Below are positions 1 to 9,297 of a stretch of DNA of 12,800 nt, piece by piece. How positions within the stretch are numbered: the stretch's first letter is position 1; every line of letters begins with the position of its first letter. The translations under genes were made by a program, and so were the position numbers. The notes beneath the pieces were generated by a model. The model made no database searches and was not told the origin of the DNA. It was given only the letters and a program-made list of their open reading frames with translations. Source of the stretch: a virus. Its lineage: Duplodnaviria; Heunggongvirae; Uroviricota; Caudoviricetes. Location of the stretch: positions 1 through 12,800 of IMG/VR virus record IMGVR_UViG_2563366940_000002; one strand, written 5' to 3'.

Positions 1-375
1 GCTGACCCAGCCACGAAACACATCCACCGTGCCATTCGGAAAACGGATTTTATAGGCCCGGACATCGCCGCTTTCAAACCAGCCTATAAGCCCTTTCTGG
101 CCTTGCTCTCCCGGTTTCCAGGCCAGCGTAAAACTGGTATCACCTGCAGATTTCTGCCCCTGCCCGGTCGCGGTCCAGTCCGCGTCTTCATCATCCAGGT
201 AGTTATCATCGTAGGATTCTGCCGTCATCTCGCCCGGCGTCAGATCCTTCACCTTAGCCAGTCGCTGCCAGTCATCGTCTGACAACGGGTTTGCATAAGC
301 ATCACCCTTGCCGTTGTAAACCCACAGAGTGGTACCGGCACCTTTTACCGGCTCAAGGGGATTTGGTGTTGCCAT
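1..375 (-). CDS. V: major tail protein, N-terminal part (gene continues beyond window start)
   Basis: Hand translation from ATG at 375-373 gives [57 protein letters not shown]..., colinear with remembered lambda gpV N-terminus ([33 protein letters not shown]...). Position downstream of U matches lambda order. Confidence 0.85.
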   Translation of the reverse strand, partial: MATPNPLEPVKGAGTTLWVYNGKGDAYANPLSDDDWQRLAKVKDLTPGEMTAESYDDNYLDDEDADWTATGQGQKSAGDTSFTLAWKPGEQGQKGLIGWFESGDVRAYKIRFPNGTVDVFRGWVS

Positions 376-382
376 ATCGTCC

Positions 383-778
383 TCACATCTCGTATGTAAT
401 GGAATAAGTCAGATCTGCAGAACTCCATAACGCCATATCGTCATCACGACGATACTCATAGCCCTGCGTAACCATCGTGGTAATCAGTCCTGCCAGTGCC
501 GGGATCGCGGTCATCGCCGGGTAAATCCGGCTTTCCATCCACTGATCGAGCTCTGAATCCGGTACCTGTGCCGGTAAAAACACCTCAATATGCAGTGTGG
601 CCCGCCAGGTATCTGCATCCAGCTCTTCACCGGTATACTCTGCATCCGTCAGATAAACCGCGATCGCAGGAAAATCCTCTTCGTCAAAAACAACGGGGCG
701 ACCATCAAACAGCGTCGCCCCGTGTTCATGCTGCTCGAGTGCATCCAGCACTGCGGCACGAATGTCAGTGTGTTTCAT
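383..778 (-). CDS. U: tail tube terminator protein
   Basis: 131 aa, same length as lambda gpU and colinear with it from memory ([14 protein letters not shown]...SSADLTY.ITYEM). ATG at 778-776 overlaps Z stop (ATGA coupling). Confidence 0.9.
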   Translation of the reverse strand: MKHTDIRAAVLDALEQHEHGATLFDGRPVVFDEEDFPAIAVYLTDAEYTGEELDADTWRATLHIEVFLPAQVPDSELDQWMESRIYPAMTAIPALAGLITTMVTQGYEYRRDDDMALWSSADLTYSITYEM

Positions 779-1308
779 CGTTTTATCGCAATCCTCAGTT
801 GTTGTTTCAGCGCGTATGCCAGTTCTTTAGGCAGGCGTTCACGCCGGATACGGTCAACATTCTCATCAAATGCCTGTTTCAGTGGGGCCGCCATCGGGAT
901 TTTCACCACATCAATGGGGTAACGGTTTTTCCCGGCCACACGCTGCATGACATGCCAGCGACCATTTTTTAATCGCTGAATAAATGCCCGCTGATACCGA
1001 TGCTGACCGGCTTTAAGTATGCTGTTCGGGCGACGCCCCAGCATCCTGATCCCCAGCTTAATCACAGGGAGATCACCGCGGTTAACGATAATTCTGGCAT
1101 TCGGATTTCTGACCGTCGCCCGTTTCAGTCTGGACCGTTCCTTAACCAGTTTCCGGCGAACCTTTGTCTCCCGGGCAACCTGTGATGAAGACTGATTAAT
1201 CGCCGTTGTGGCCACGCGGTTAATGGCCATTGCTGAAGCCGCCGGAATGGCGTTTTTACGAACCCGGCTCAGATTGTCAATCGCCTGATCAAGCCCTTTT
1301 ATCGCCAT
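775..1308 (-). CDS. Z: tail completion / minor tail protein
   Basis: 177 aa; N-terminus MAIKGLDQAIDNLSR and C-terminal ...NGRWHVMQRVAGKNRYPIDVVKIPMA...RIRRERLPKEL... match remembered lambda gpZ; sits between FII and U as in lambda. Confidence 0.9.
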   Translation of the reverse strand: MAIKGLDQAIDNLSRVRKNAIPAASAMAINRVATTAINQSSSQVARETKVRRKLVKERSRLKRATVRNPNARIIVNRGDLPVIKLGIRMLGRRPNSILKAGQHRYQRAFIQRLKNGRWHVMQRVAGKNRYPIDVVKIPMAAPLKQAFDENVDRIRRERLPKELAYALKQQLRIAIKR

Positions 1309-1323
1309 AATTTCACCCTGCGT

Positions 1324-1677
1324 TTATCGTCGCCGGTTAACTGCGGGTGGTTGACCACGGTTGAGCCAGAGATAACAGCTGCCCCCGTCATCCGGAGAAA
1401 CACGATCCACCCAGAATATCTCACCATTAATGGTCAGCGTGTCACCACGCCGCACGGCACGAACCGTATCCGTCCGCACAAATAATGACGGGCTGCTTCC
1501 TTCAATACGGACCCCGCCACCGGCAAACCCCAGCGACTCCGGATCGTCAAAAACCCCCTGAACTTCGCTGCCACACTGTGCCCCCGAGGTGAACTGCGCA
1601 CAGAGCCCCATCACTTCAACGATCGTACTGTCTACCCCGGCGAGGGCAGCATCAAAGGCATTCTGAAAATCACGCAT
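1324..1677 (-). CDS. FII: head-tail joining protein
   Basis: 117 aa, same length as lambda gpFII; strongly colinear, including C-terminal FWVDRVSPDDGGSC.LWL.RG.PPAVNRRR. Confidence 0.9.
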   Translation of the reverse strand: MRDFQNAFDAALAGVDSTIVEVMGLCAQFTSGAQCGSEVQGVFDDPESLGFAGGGVRIEGSSPSLFVRTDTVRAVRRGDTLTINGEIFWVDRVSPDDGGSCYLWLNRGQPPAVNRRR

Positions 1678-2053
1678 ATTCAGCCGTTCCGTGCTGTATC
1701 ATGGCCGTTGCCAGTGATGATGGCACCAGAACACGCATACCCCGTAACGCCAGCTCAACGGGACGACCTGTCTCCGGGCAATACCCCATTACTTGCAGGC
1801 ACTTCCGTACCCGGACGGCTTTAACATCATCCGGAGCATCCGTGTTGTTCAACTGCTCACCATCGTCTGTGTGATTTTGATCAGCCCCGCTCTCATCAGA
1901 GTGCATAATGCCCTCCGGGGAAACAGCAAGCTCCTCTTCCCACTCAGACACACGTTGAGCAATATCCGCAGCACTCCCCGACATATCCGCCTCGCGCCCC
2001 AGCAGGCCAGCCAGTTGACGAAGACGATTCAGATTTTCTTCTTTTGTTGCCAT
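1670..2053 (-). CDS. FI: DNA packaging / head assembly protein FI-like
   Basis: Positional equivalent of lambda FI (between E and FII), acidic central region. Start moved from the ORF-track 2101 to internal ATG at 2053-2051, which has an AGGAGG Shine-Dalgarno 5 nt upstream; the longer ORF would run through the predicted terminator hairpin. Confidence 0.75.
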   Translation of the reverse strand: MATKEENLNRLRQLAGLLGREADMSGSAADIAQRVSEWEEELAVSPEGIMHSDESGADQNHTDDGEQLNNTDAPDDVKAVRVRKCLQVMGYCPETGRPVELALRGMRVLVPSSLATAMIQHGTAEYA

Positions 2054-2067
2054 CTCAGCCTCCTGTG

Positions 2068-2096
2068 AAAAAAGACACGGGGGCATTTCGCCCCCG
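2068..2096 (-). terminator. putative intrinsic terminator between major capsid gene E and FI
   Basis: 7-bp GC stem (2078-2084 pairs with 2090-2096, loop ATTTC) followed on the minus-strand transcript by UGUCUUUUUU (plus-strand A-run 2068-2073). Begins 9 nt after the E stop. Confidence 0.45.
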
Positions 2097-2104
2097 CTCA
2101 CGGA

Positions 2105-3133
2105 TTATTTCACCTGTACCACCACAAACTCATCCGGATCCGGCAGCACCATCAGCGGAGCGGACTGCGTCATGGTGAATTCACAGGACGGATCGCCCAC
2201 GGTCAGCCAGTGTTTCGGGTAACGGGAAGAAGCCACCACTCCTTCAGACAACGCCTGTGCATCCTTAATGGCACCATAGCAACGAATCCCCTCTGCCGCC
2301 GTATTCCCCAGCACCAGCATGCCCTCCGGCAGATAACGTTTTTCGGTACCGTCCTCTGCCACATAAGACGTTTTCGCCACCACAATGGCCAGATCGCCGT
2401 AATACCCCTTGAAGGACACCACTGCGCCCAGATCTTTCACTGCCGTTTCGAGTTGTGAATTTGAGCCGCGACGGGTATCCAGTTTTTCGCGGAACAGCTT
2501 AAAGCCATTCAGCAGACGCCAGACCGTACCGTCCATAATGGCGATATTCACAAGGCCGCTGGCCTGATCGCAGTAGAGGTCAATATCATGCGTCGGATCA
2601 AACGTATCACGGTCCTGCTCAGACCATTTTTTACCGTCAGCCTGCTCAATGTTATTTCCTTCAGAGCGCCCGAAATCCACCTCGACAGTATCAAACTGAT
2701 CCCCTTCCATGGTGTATTTGCCATACAGCACGGCATTCACCGCCTGCATTTCTTCCACCTGGACAATGGCGTGCTCTTCCTGTTTGAGGTTATCGGTAAT
2801 GATACGCAGACGACGGTAGGCCGGGTCGTTCAGCTGAGCCGGATCTTCACCAGGAAGGCGCTCAACCGCCTGCTGGTAATTAAATTCGTGTTTGGGCTTG
2901 ACGTAGCCCGGACGTAACACGCGGGTTTCACCACCGCGATGGCGAAGCACTTTTCCTTCAACGATCGGGGAGACATAGGCCGCCACCGGCGTTTTTCCGG
3001 TAATTTTGTCCAGCATCACCTCTTCGGTGTGGAAATTCACCGTACGGCGGAAAAACAGCTCCAGAAACAGCGCACGGAATTTCACTTTTTGTTCGGTATA
3101 ACCGAGTAACTGGCGGGTCGTAAACAATCCCAT
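2105..3133 (-). CDS. E: major capsid protein
   Basis: 342 aa versus lambda gpE 341 aa; long colinear blocks (SPIV.G.V.R.RGG, PGYVKPKHE, DPAYRR.RII, IAQVEEMQAV.AVL.GKYTM, KLDTRRGSNS.LETAVKDLG, MIQSAPLM.L.DPDEFV.VQ). AAGGAA Shine-Dalgarno upstream of ATG at 3133. Confidence 0.95.
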   Translation of the reverse strand: MGLFTTRQLLGYTEQKVKFRALFLELFFRRTVNFHTEEVMLDKITGKTPVAAYVSPIVEGKVLRHRGGETRVLRPGYVKPKHEFNYQQAVERLPGEDPAQLNDPAYRRLRIITDNLKQEEHAIVQVEEMQAVNAVLYGKYTMEGDQFDTVEVDFGRSEGNNIEQADGKKWSEQDRDTFDPTHDIDLYCDQASGLVNIAIMDGTVWRLLNGFKLFREKLDTRRGSNSQLETAVKDLGAVVSFKGYYGDLAIVVAKTSYVAEDGTEKRYLPEGMLVLGNTAAEGIRCYGAIKDAQALSEGVVASSRYPKHWLTVGDPSCEFTMTQSAPLMVLPDPDEFVVVQVK

Positions 3134-3162
3134 AAATCAGTTCCTTTCATTCAGAAATCAGT

Positions 3163-3182
3163 CAGGCCGCCATGGTGGCCTG
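3163..3182 (-). promoter_or_regulatory. GC-rich near-palindromic hairpin in the D-E intergenic region
   Basis: CAGGCCGCCATGGTGGCCTG is a near-perfect inverted repeat, 8 nt downstream of the D stop and about 30 nt upstream of the E start; no strong U-tract follows on the minus strand. Confidence 0.3.
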
Positions 3183-3190
3183 ATAACGTG

Positions 3191-3538
3191 TTACGGCAGA
3201 GCCGCGTGACTCAGGGCTGTGCCGGCAAAGGCATTTGCCTTTTTGTGTTCATCCACACTGTCAGGCCAGCGGATTGCCTCCGTCGCAAAGGTCCCCGACT
3301 TGTAATAGGTCAGCACCGTCTCTGTGCCTTCAAGCGGCAGTACCAGTATGCCAACCGCACTACCGGCTTTCTGTCCATCCCAGACCACCAGTTTCCCGGT
3401 GGCTTCATCCAGCATCAGGGGCGTCAGAGCCGGTGTTGCAGAAGAAATCCCGCTGCTGCCTGTGGCGGTATGAGCCGGATCATTACCGGCAAAAATACGT
3501 ACTTCCGCACGCTGTTCAGTGATGGTTTTCGTCACCAT
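3191..3538 (-). CDS. D: head decoration protein
   Basis: 115 aa versus lambda gpD 110 aa; motifs DPAHTAT, TPLMLD, KLV.WDG, YKSGTF and FAGTA shared with remembered gpD. Confidence 0.9.
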   Translation of the reverse strand: MVTKTITEQRAEVRIFAGNDPAHTATGSSGISSATPALTPLMLDEATGKLVVWDGQKAGSAVGILVLPLEGTETVLTYYKSGTFATEAIRWPDSVDEHKKANAFAGTALSHAALP

Positions 3539-3574
3539 TTTGTTAAAACCTCATATTGATGGTCAGCACTGACT

Positions 3575-5080
3575 TCATGGCATGGCCATGAGCATTTTCA
3601 CGTCCGCATCACCGTCTGCTGACGTCTGTGACACGCCACCCCGCACCGCTGCCGGTGAATGATTCGCCATGAAATGTTCAAACAAGGCGGTTGTGGATGC
3701 AGAGACCGGTTCGGCCTTACCTGATCCCGCAGCCAGCACAGCCCGGGCGTTCTCCACGGTCATTCCCGGGCAGGCCGCCAGTTTTTCAGCCTGCGCTTCT
3801 GCCCCTTTTGCCTCATCCAGGGCCATGATCTGATCACGAAGTGAGGGCCCGGCATTCGCCTGCGGTGAGGCAGCCAGGATCGGGCGGGCTTTTTCCACCG
3901 TCATCTCCGGCATCGCCGCCAGCGTTGCCGCCAGTTGTTCACGACCTTTCGCTTCTTCACACGCCATAATGCGATCGGCTTCACTCTGCGCGGATGCCAC
4001 CGGCTGCTGTGGTGCCGCCGCGGCCAGAATCGCCCGGGCCTGTTCAATGCTCATGCCCTGTTGTCCTGCCAGCATCGTGGCAAGCTGTTCACGTCCTTTC
4101 GCTTCCTGACACGTCAGGATCCCCATCACTCGCTGGTTCTCCTGCGCGGCAGCTTCCGTTGCAGTTAATTGCGGCATAGTGCCTCCTGTATCATGAGTGT
4201 TCAGCGCCGCAGCCATCACGCTGATGGCATCCGACGCATTGATTAATTCATCCGCCAGTCCGGCCTTAATAGCGGACTGACCTTCAAAAACGGCAGCCTC
4301 TGTCCCCGTGACAGCTTCCACAGACAGCCCCGTATACATCGCCACTTTTTCGGCAAACATCCGGTGCGCCGCATCAACCCGCTGCTGCATGTCCTGACGC
4401 ACCTCTGCCGGTAAGGCTTCAAACTGATTGCCATCCACCTTGTGCGCCCCGGCATAAATCAGCGTGATATCCACCCCGGCCTGCGCCAGATGACCGGCAT
4501 AGCTGACATGGCTCATCATCACGCCAATGGAGCCGATACGGGATGTCTGGGTAACCAGCCGTCGGGAGCAGGCCGACGCCAGCAGCATGGCTGCAGAACA
4601 GGCCGTGTCATTGCACAGTGCCCAGACCGGCTTCTGCTGACGGAGGCGGTAAATCATGTCAGCGCAGTCAAACGCGCCGGCGGCCTGCCCGCCCGGACTG
4701 TCAATGTCCAGCAGTACGCCCCGCACCTGGCTATCTGCCATTGCCTGCTGAAGACAGGCGACAATGCCGTCATAGCCTGTCATTCCGGAAAATGGCCGCA
4801 TACCGCCCAGCCGGTGCACCAGCGTGCCGGTCACCGGCAGTACAGCAATACCGTTCACCACCCGGTAAACACGGGCCGGTCGTTTACCTCCGGCCATGTA
4901 CTCGTCCGTTTCAGCCAGCATTCCGGGAGCATCAAGCTGTACCTGCTGTTGTGGTACCGAAAGACTTGCTGCCCCCATCTCGCGCCCGAGCGCGCAAAAG
5001 AAAACCCGCGCATAGGCGGGCTCCAGAAGCAGCGGTTCATTGAATGCTGCGGCAATAATGTGTGAAAGATTACGTCTCAC
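3575..5080 (-). CDS. C: prohead protease / scaffold protein (S49 ClpP-like peptidase with C-terminal Nu3-like scaffold domain)
   Basis: 501 aa; N-terminal two thirds colinear with lambda gpC (NEPL.LEPAYARVFFCAL, NGIAVLPV.GTLV, PGG.AGAFDCAD.I, KPVWAL.ND..CSA..LLASA.SRRLVTQT.R.GSIGVMM.H). GTG start at 5080-5078 with GAGGAG upstream. C-terminal third holds three tandem repeats (see repeat feature). Confidence 0.9.
   Translation of the reverse strand: MRRNLSHIIAAAFNEPLLLEPAYARVFFCALGREMGAASLSVPQQQVQLDAPGMLAETDEYMAGGKRPARVYRVVNGIAVLPVTGTLVHRLGGMRPFSGMTGYDGIVACLQQAMADSQVRGVLLDIDSPGGQAAGAFDCADMIYRLRQQKPVWALCNDTACSAAMLLASACSRRLVTQTSRIGSIGVMMSHVSYAGHLAQAGVDITLIYAGAHKVDGNQFEALPAEVRQDMQQRVDAAHRMFAEKVAMYTGLSVEAVTGTEAAVFEGQSAIKAGLADELINASDAISVMAAALNTHDTGGTMPQLTATEAAAQENQRVMGILTCQEAKGREQLATMLAGQQGMSIEQARAILAAAAPQQPVASAQSEADRIMACEEAKGREQLAATLAAMPEMTVEKARPILAASPQANAGPSLRDQIMALDEAKGAEAQAEKLAACPGMTVENARAVLAAGSGKAEPVSASTTALFEHFMANHSPAAVRGGVSQTSADGDADVKMLMAMP
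3686..4132 (-). repeat. three in-frame tandem repeats (about 47-53 codons each) in the scaffold domain of gene C
   Basis: Protein level: R[VI]MGILTCQEAKGREQLATMLAGQQGMSIEQARAILAAA / RIMACEEAKGREQLAATLAAMPEMTVEKARPILAAS / QIMALDEAKGAEAQAEKLAACPGMTVENARAVLAAG. DNA level: gttcacgacctttcgcttcttcacacgcc near 3946-3975 recurs as gttcacgtcctttcgcttcctgacacgtc near 4087-4116. Lambda gpC, from memory, has one such unit. Confidence 0.6.
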
Positions 5081-6662
5081 GTGGTGTTGTCTCCTCTTCC
5101 GGCCTGCGACTCTCCGCTATCTGCTGCTGATACGCCTGCGCTATCCACACCGGACGTGAGAGTCCGGCTTTTTCCCGCTCTGCAGATTCCCTGACCTGCT
5201 GGCGGAAAATGTCCTGATAATCCTCGCCCATCAGCGCCAGCTCTTTCTCATACGTGCTCAGTCCGGCCTCAATGCGCATCACTGATTCCTGAACCTCCTT
5301 GAGCCCGTCAATGGCCATTCTTCCGGCTCCAATCCACTCAGCCCGTGACCAGGCTGATCGCGCCTGATAAAAATCAAAACGTGCCCGTGGCGGACGAATA
5401 ATCCCCCGAAGAAGTGCCTCTTCCAGCCAGCAGGAAAACATCTGCGTGGCCAGCCGGGACGCAATAAATTTTCGCCGCCCCATAAAATAGCGCCACGACT
5501 CATTGGCGGATGCGCGGGCACTTGAATAACTGACCTTCGAGTAATCACGGGACAACTGTTCGTAGGAAACGCCAAGACCGGCGGCGATATACCGCAGCAG
5601 CGCCTGTTCAAGCGCCGAAAATCCATTGTCTGAATCCTGCGCGGTCTGAAGTTTCAGATCATCACCGGGGAAAAGGTGCGGAATTTTGACACCGCCCAGC
5701 GTCACGCTATTCGTGTCATACCAGGTGGAGAACTTCTCCAGAATATTAATAAGCGGATTATCCTTCTGCTCCTGTGGCGCGCCGGCGATATATTCAAAGG
5801 CCTTTTCGGTATCAAGTTCACTTTCAATCGTCGCTGCATACATCGCCTTCACTATGGCCGACTGAAGCTGTGTTGCCTGCAGGGAATCGAGCATCTTCAG
5901 CCGTTCCATGACGCTGTAAAACTGATTGGCCCCACGGGTCTGCCCGTCCTCCACCGGCTCGAAAATATGCAGCATGGCCGGACGCCCGGTGGGAAGTTCA
6001 CGCGGGATCCGTTCCCATCGTCCACTACCAGAGAACGGAAAATCATCCTCACAGATATGGTACGCAACGGCACGACCATATCGATCGACCTCCACACCGG
6101 CCCGCAGAAAACGGTTCCCCATACCGTGTCCTGGCGTGTCCACCCGTTTCGGACTCACGGCTTTAAAACGCGTACGGAATAACTGCGTGGTTTCCGTATC
6201 CCAGACCGGCTGCACAAAGATTTCGCCGTTAAACGCATGAACGCCCACACCTTCACGGATAAATTCCGTAAACGTGCGTTTCCCTTCCACGTCGATCTCG
6301 CCAAACATCCCTTCGGCGTATTCCGACCAGGCCGCCTCCACCTCATCGACAAAACTTTTTGCCGCAGTCTCCCGCATCCCCAGCCAGCGCCAGTTCGGAC
6401 GGTAGCTGATCAGAAACATATGCCCGACAATATGATCCTTATGCAGGGCCACCGCATTAGCCGCTATCCCGTTATTGCGCACCAGATCATCTGCCCGGGC
6501 ATTCCCCAGACGCAACGCAGGCAGCAGGGCTGCATCGGCACTCTGCGCTGGTGGCAACCACTCCGCCATTTGCCCGCCAAATCCTGCACCGCCACCGTTG
6601 TAGCTGAGGCTCTCCCGAAGCGGAACGCCGTTCACATCAATCAGGACAGGCGTTCGTTTCAT
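5070..6662 (-). CDS. B: portal protein
   Basis: 530 aa versus lambda gpB 533 aa; extensive colinear identity (GNARADDLVRNNG.AANA..LH.DHIVG, FEPVEDGQTRGAN.FYSVME..KMLD.LQ.TQLQSAIVKAMYAATIESELDT, LLRYIAAGLGVSYEQLSR.Y...SYS.ARASANESW.YFMGRRKF.ASR, GRMAIDGLKEVQE.VM.IEAGLSTYEKE). Overlaps W and C as in lambda. Confidence 0.95.
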   Translation of the reverse strand: MKRTPVLIDVNGVPLRESLSYNGGGAGFGGQMAEWLPPAQSADAALLPALRLGNARADDLVRNNGIAANAVALHKDHIVGHMFLISYRPNWRWLGMRETAAKSFVDEVEAAWSEYAEGMFGEIDVEGKRTFTEFIREGVGVHAFNGEIFVQPVWDTETTQLFRTRFKAVSPKRVDTPGHGMGNRFLRAGVEVDRYGRAVAYHICEDDFPFSGSGRWERIPRELPTGRPAMLHIFEPVEDGQTRGANQFYSVMERLKMLDSLQATQLQSAIVKAMYAATIESELDTEKAFEYIAGAPQEQKDNPLINILEKFSTWYDTNSVTLGGVKIPHLFPGDDLKLQTAQDSDNGFSALEQALLRYIAAGLGVSYEQLSRDYSKVSYSSARASANESWRYFMGRRKFIASRLATQMFSCWLEEALLRGIIRPPRARFDFYQARSAWSRAEWIGAGRMAIDGLKEVQESVMRIEAGLSTYEKELALMGEDYQDIFRQQVRESAEREKAGLSRPVWIAQAYQQQIAESRRPEEETTPRET

Positions 6663-6865
6663 AACCTCACTCCCAGCGGACGACGGCGACGGCGGGTTGT
6701 CCCCAGTACCGACTCCGCATCATTGATCGCCCGGTTAAGCTCATCCAGAGAAGCTGCCGTATATTCAATTCTGCGACCATCTTTCTGGACAGACACCACC
6801 CGTTTACCGGTTAATAAATCAAGGCGCGCCTGACGCAGCGCCTGCAGTTCAGCGACTGTAACCAT
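6659..6865 (-). CDS. W: head-tail connector / head completion protein W
   Basis: 68 aa, same length as lambda gpW; DLLTGKRVV.VQKDGRR.E.TA.S matches from memory. ATG at 6865 with GGAGGAG Shine-Dalgarno; start overlaps A stop, stop overlaps B start. Confidence 0.9.
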   Translation of the reverse strand: MVTVAELQALRQARLDLLTGKRVVSVQKDGRRIEYTAASLDELNRAINDAESVLGTTRRRRRPLGVRL

Positions 6866-8777
6866 TCACTCCTCCGGACAGCTTCGCTGCCAGTTCTTTA
6901 AGGGTTGGCCGGGTCGTCTCTTCTTCCCGGGATTTTGCCAGTACAGCCAGATCAAGCTGCCAGCGTTGCACGGACACACGTAATGCCGCGTAGGCATACA
7001 CCAGGCAGTCCAGCGCTTCGTTACGCCGCTTTTTGTTATCCCACAGCAGACGCATCTTTCCTTTTTCCCACTTCTCCACAAGCTCTTCCGCCACCAGTTG
7101 CTGCGCCTCTGTCTGCGAAAAAATCTCCGGATCATCAGGAAAACGGATGGCATACGACGTGGCTTCATCCGCAGGCGTGGGATCGGCTTTCATACGGGCA
7201 TAGAGAATTTCTTTTGCGGTGTCCGTCCCCACTTCACACAGATACACGCCCCGCTGATTGCGGGTTTTCGGCATGGTGATCACCGGCTTGCCATAGACAG
7301 ATGCGCCTTTTACCGGCAGCACCCGGAAAACACCGTGTTTTTTTGACCTCTGATAGACAATTTCACCATCGATCCCCCCGGTGTCCCAGCAGACACGGGA
7401 AATGGTCATTTCGGTTCCGTCTGCATGGCAGTATTTTTTGTTGATCGCCGCATCCACACGTAACAGCGTCTCTTCCTCATCGGGACGGCCCATAATGATG
7501 ATTTTATCCACCAGAAAAGCTTCCTCTCCCGGTGCCCATCCCCAGACATACATCTCAAAACGGTTTCGCTGCGAGTCAATGCCCGCCGTCAGATAAACCA
7601 CCCGGGCTGGCACCGCCGCCGTGTAATGCACGACCTTATCCATCAGTACCTGGTGATCGAGTTTTTCGCCCACGGCCTCTTCCCAGGTCTCGCCCAGCGT
7701 GGTGTTCACAAAGGTTTTCAGGCCGTTGGGATCTTTCAGTGCATCCAGCCAGTCATAGACTATCTGTACCCAGGTGGTGAACGGACTGTACGCCGTCCAG
7801 ATATGGAACGTGATGGAGCGCGGCGGCGGAATTTCATTATCCGCGGCGCTGAAAAACGTCAGACCGTCACGGGTCCACATCCCCGTGTTTTCACAGATCC
7901 ACCGCCCGTTGCTCTGGTCAAGCTCAGACTGATGGATCACGCAGCCATGATGTTCACAGAGGTAGAAAACGCTTTCGGGGCTGTCCTTCTCCCATTTAAG
8001 GCCAAAAGGCGTGGATTCATCGCCAAATTTCAGATACTGCTCCTCCCCACAGTGTGGGCAGGGCACATAAAAACGCATGAAATGCGCCGACTCGTTGGCC
8101 GCTTTTTCGATCTGGCAGGTGCCTTTGATTTTAGGCGTCGAGCCGCGAATGGATTTGGGCCATACAGAGCCCTCAATACGTTTATCCCCAAGCAGGGTTG
8201 GCGACCCCTCTTTTTCGACATCCGGTTCGAACGAGGAAAGTTCGTCATAGCAGACCACGTCCACGGATTTTTCACGGTAGTTTTTAGCGGCAGCCCCGCC
8301 CAGGCACCAGAAGCCCACGCCCGATGAAAAACGTTTCAGCGTGAGGGTATTATCACGATGTTTACGCCCAAACCACGGTGCAAGATCGAGTAAAACCGGC
8401 ACATCCCTGATCGTGGGTTCCACATGAGATTTCATAAAATCTTCAGCAGCAGAATCCGTGGGCTGGAAAAGAAGGCTGTTGCGTGATTTATGCTCAATAA
8501 AATAAGCCTCCACTCCCAGCAACATCTTTGTATAACCAACACGGGCAGATTTAATCAGATTAACAGTGCGGATCCGGTCATTCCCCATGCTGTTCATGAT
8601 GGCAACCTGAAACGGCAGTGTTTCCCACCGCCCCGGGGTGTAAGATGACTCTTTCGGAAGGTAATAATGTCGATCTGCCCACTGAACTGTCGTCAGAGGG
8701 ACAGGAATTTTTAGCGCAAGGAGGCCGGTTGCTATCGCTCCTGCAGAATTAGCCGCCCTCAGTTCGTCTGAAATCAT
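6849..8777 (-). CDS. A: terminase large subunit
   Basis: Colinear with remembered lambda gpA across the whole length ([141 protein letters not shown]). Start placed at the third in-frame ATG (8777-8775, AGGTGGA Shine-Dalgarno 5 nt upstream), giving 642 aa versus 641 in lambda; the ORF-track start at 8819 has no ribosome-binding site. Confidence 0.95.
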   Translation of the reverse strand: MISDELRAANSAGAIATGLLALKIPVPLTTVQWADRHYYLPKESSYTPGRWETLPFQVAIMNSMGNDRIRTVNLIKSARVGYTKMLLGVEAYFIEHKSRNSLLFQPTDSAAEDFMKSHVEPTIRDVPVLLDLAPWFGRKHRDNTLTLKRFSSGVGFWCLGGAAAKNYREKSVDVVCYDELSSFEPDVEKEGSPTLLGDKRIEGSVWPKSIRGSTPKIKGTCQIEKAANESAHFMRFYVPCPHCGEEQYLKFGDESTPFGLKWEKDSPESVFYLCEHHGCVIHQSELDQSNGRWICENTGMWTRDGLTFFSAADNEIPPPRSITFHIWTAYSPFTTWVQIVYDWLDALKDPNGLKTFVNTTLGETWEEAVGEKLDHQVLMDKVVHYTAAVPARVVYLTAGIDSQRNRFEMYVWGWAPGEEAFLVDKIIIMGRPDEEETLLRVDAAINKKYCHADGTEMTISRVCWDTGGIDGEIVYQRSKKHGVFRVLPVKGASVYGKPVITMPKTRNQRGVYLCEVGTDTAKEILYARMKADPTPADEATSYAIRFPDDPEIFSQTEAQQLVAEELVEKWEKGKMRLLWDNKKRRNEALDCLVYAYAALRVSVQRWQLDLAVLAKSREEETTRPTLKELAAKLSGGVNGYSR

Positions 8778-9297
8778 CAATCCACCTGCGCACATTCTCA
8801 CCGGCTTCAGAAGCCACATCGGATGCTTTCGCGATTTCAGTTTTCACAGCATCAAGATGTACGGGTGATATATCAGGGTATTTACGCTGCAGTGTCTGAG
8901 GGACACGGACAAGGATCCCTGATATATTCTGTGCCACTCGCTGAAAGATGTAGGTAAATAACTCCGTCTCGAGGACAAGGCCTTCCTCACGAGCATTTTT
9001 CAGCTCCTGTGCATCGGCCTGTGCCTTCGTCAGTCGGTAACGTTCGTAATCAATGGTGCAGGGCTGAAGGTCTGATTCGCTGGCAGCCCTCAAATCCTCG
9101 ATCTCTTTACGGAGTTTTTCGTTTTCAATATCAGCTTCCCTCTGCGCATACCACTGAATGGCAGCAGTTGTATCAAAAACTGATTCAGTCCCTTTCCCTC
9201 CACCAGAAACTAGTGGTAACCCCTGACTCTGCCAGGCGGTGATGGTCCTGACATCAACGCCAAAAATATCGGCCAGTTTTTTCTTATTGACGTTCAT
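8749..9297 (-). CDS. Nu1: terminase small subunit
   Basis: 182 aa versus lambda Nu1 181 aa; N-terminal helix-turn-helix [27 protein letters not shown]...GGGKG and [40 protein letters not shown] match remembered Nu1. Immediately adjacent to cosB. Confidence 0.95.
   Translation of the reverse strand: MNVNKKKLADIFGVDVRTITAWQSQGLPLVSGGGKGTESVFDTTAAIQWYAQREADIENEKLRKEIEDLRAASESDLQPCTIDYERYRLTKAQADAQELKNAREEGLVLETELFTYIFQRVAQNISGILVRVPQTLQRKYPDISPVHLDAVKTEIAKASDVASEAGENVRRWIDDFRRTEGG

Noticed and set aside
496-972. Plus-strand ORFs of 158 and 110 aa (496-972, 590-922) antisense to U and Z
   Set aside because: They lie entirely within the well-supported minus-strand genes U/Z, have low-complexity Arg/Pro/Ser-rich translations typical of antisense shadow frames, and lack ribosome-binding sites.
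2054-2101. Upstream 16-codon extension of FI (start at 2101 in the ORF track)
   Set aside because: The extended start has no ribosome-binding site and would run through the terminator-like hairpin; the ATG at 2053 has an AGGAGG Shine-Dalgarno.
4442-5065. Plus-strand ORFs of 207 and 141 aa antisense to prohead protease gene C
   Set aside because: Shadow ORFs in a GC-rich region; translations are Arg/Pro/Ala-rich low complexity; gene C on the other strand has clear homology.
7626-8327. Plus-strand 233-aa ORF (and shorter neighbours 6905-7780) antisense to terminase A
   Set aside because: Fully inside terminase large subunit gene A, which has strong homology support; no independent start signals.
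8778-8819. Longer starts for terminase A at 8819 or 8795
   Set aside because: Neither has a good Shine-Dalgarno; the ATG at 8777 does and gives a length matching lambda gpA with a lambda-like Nu1 overlap. Low-stakes choice, could be wrong by 6 or 14 codons.
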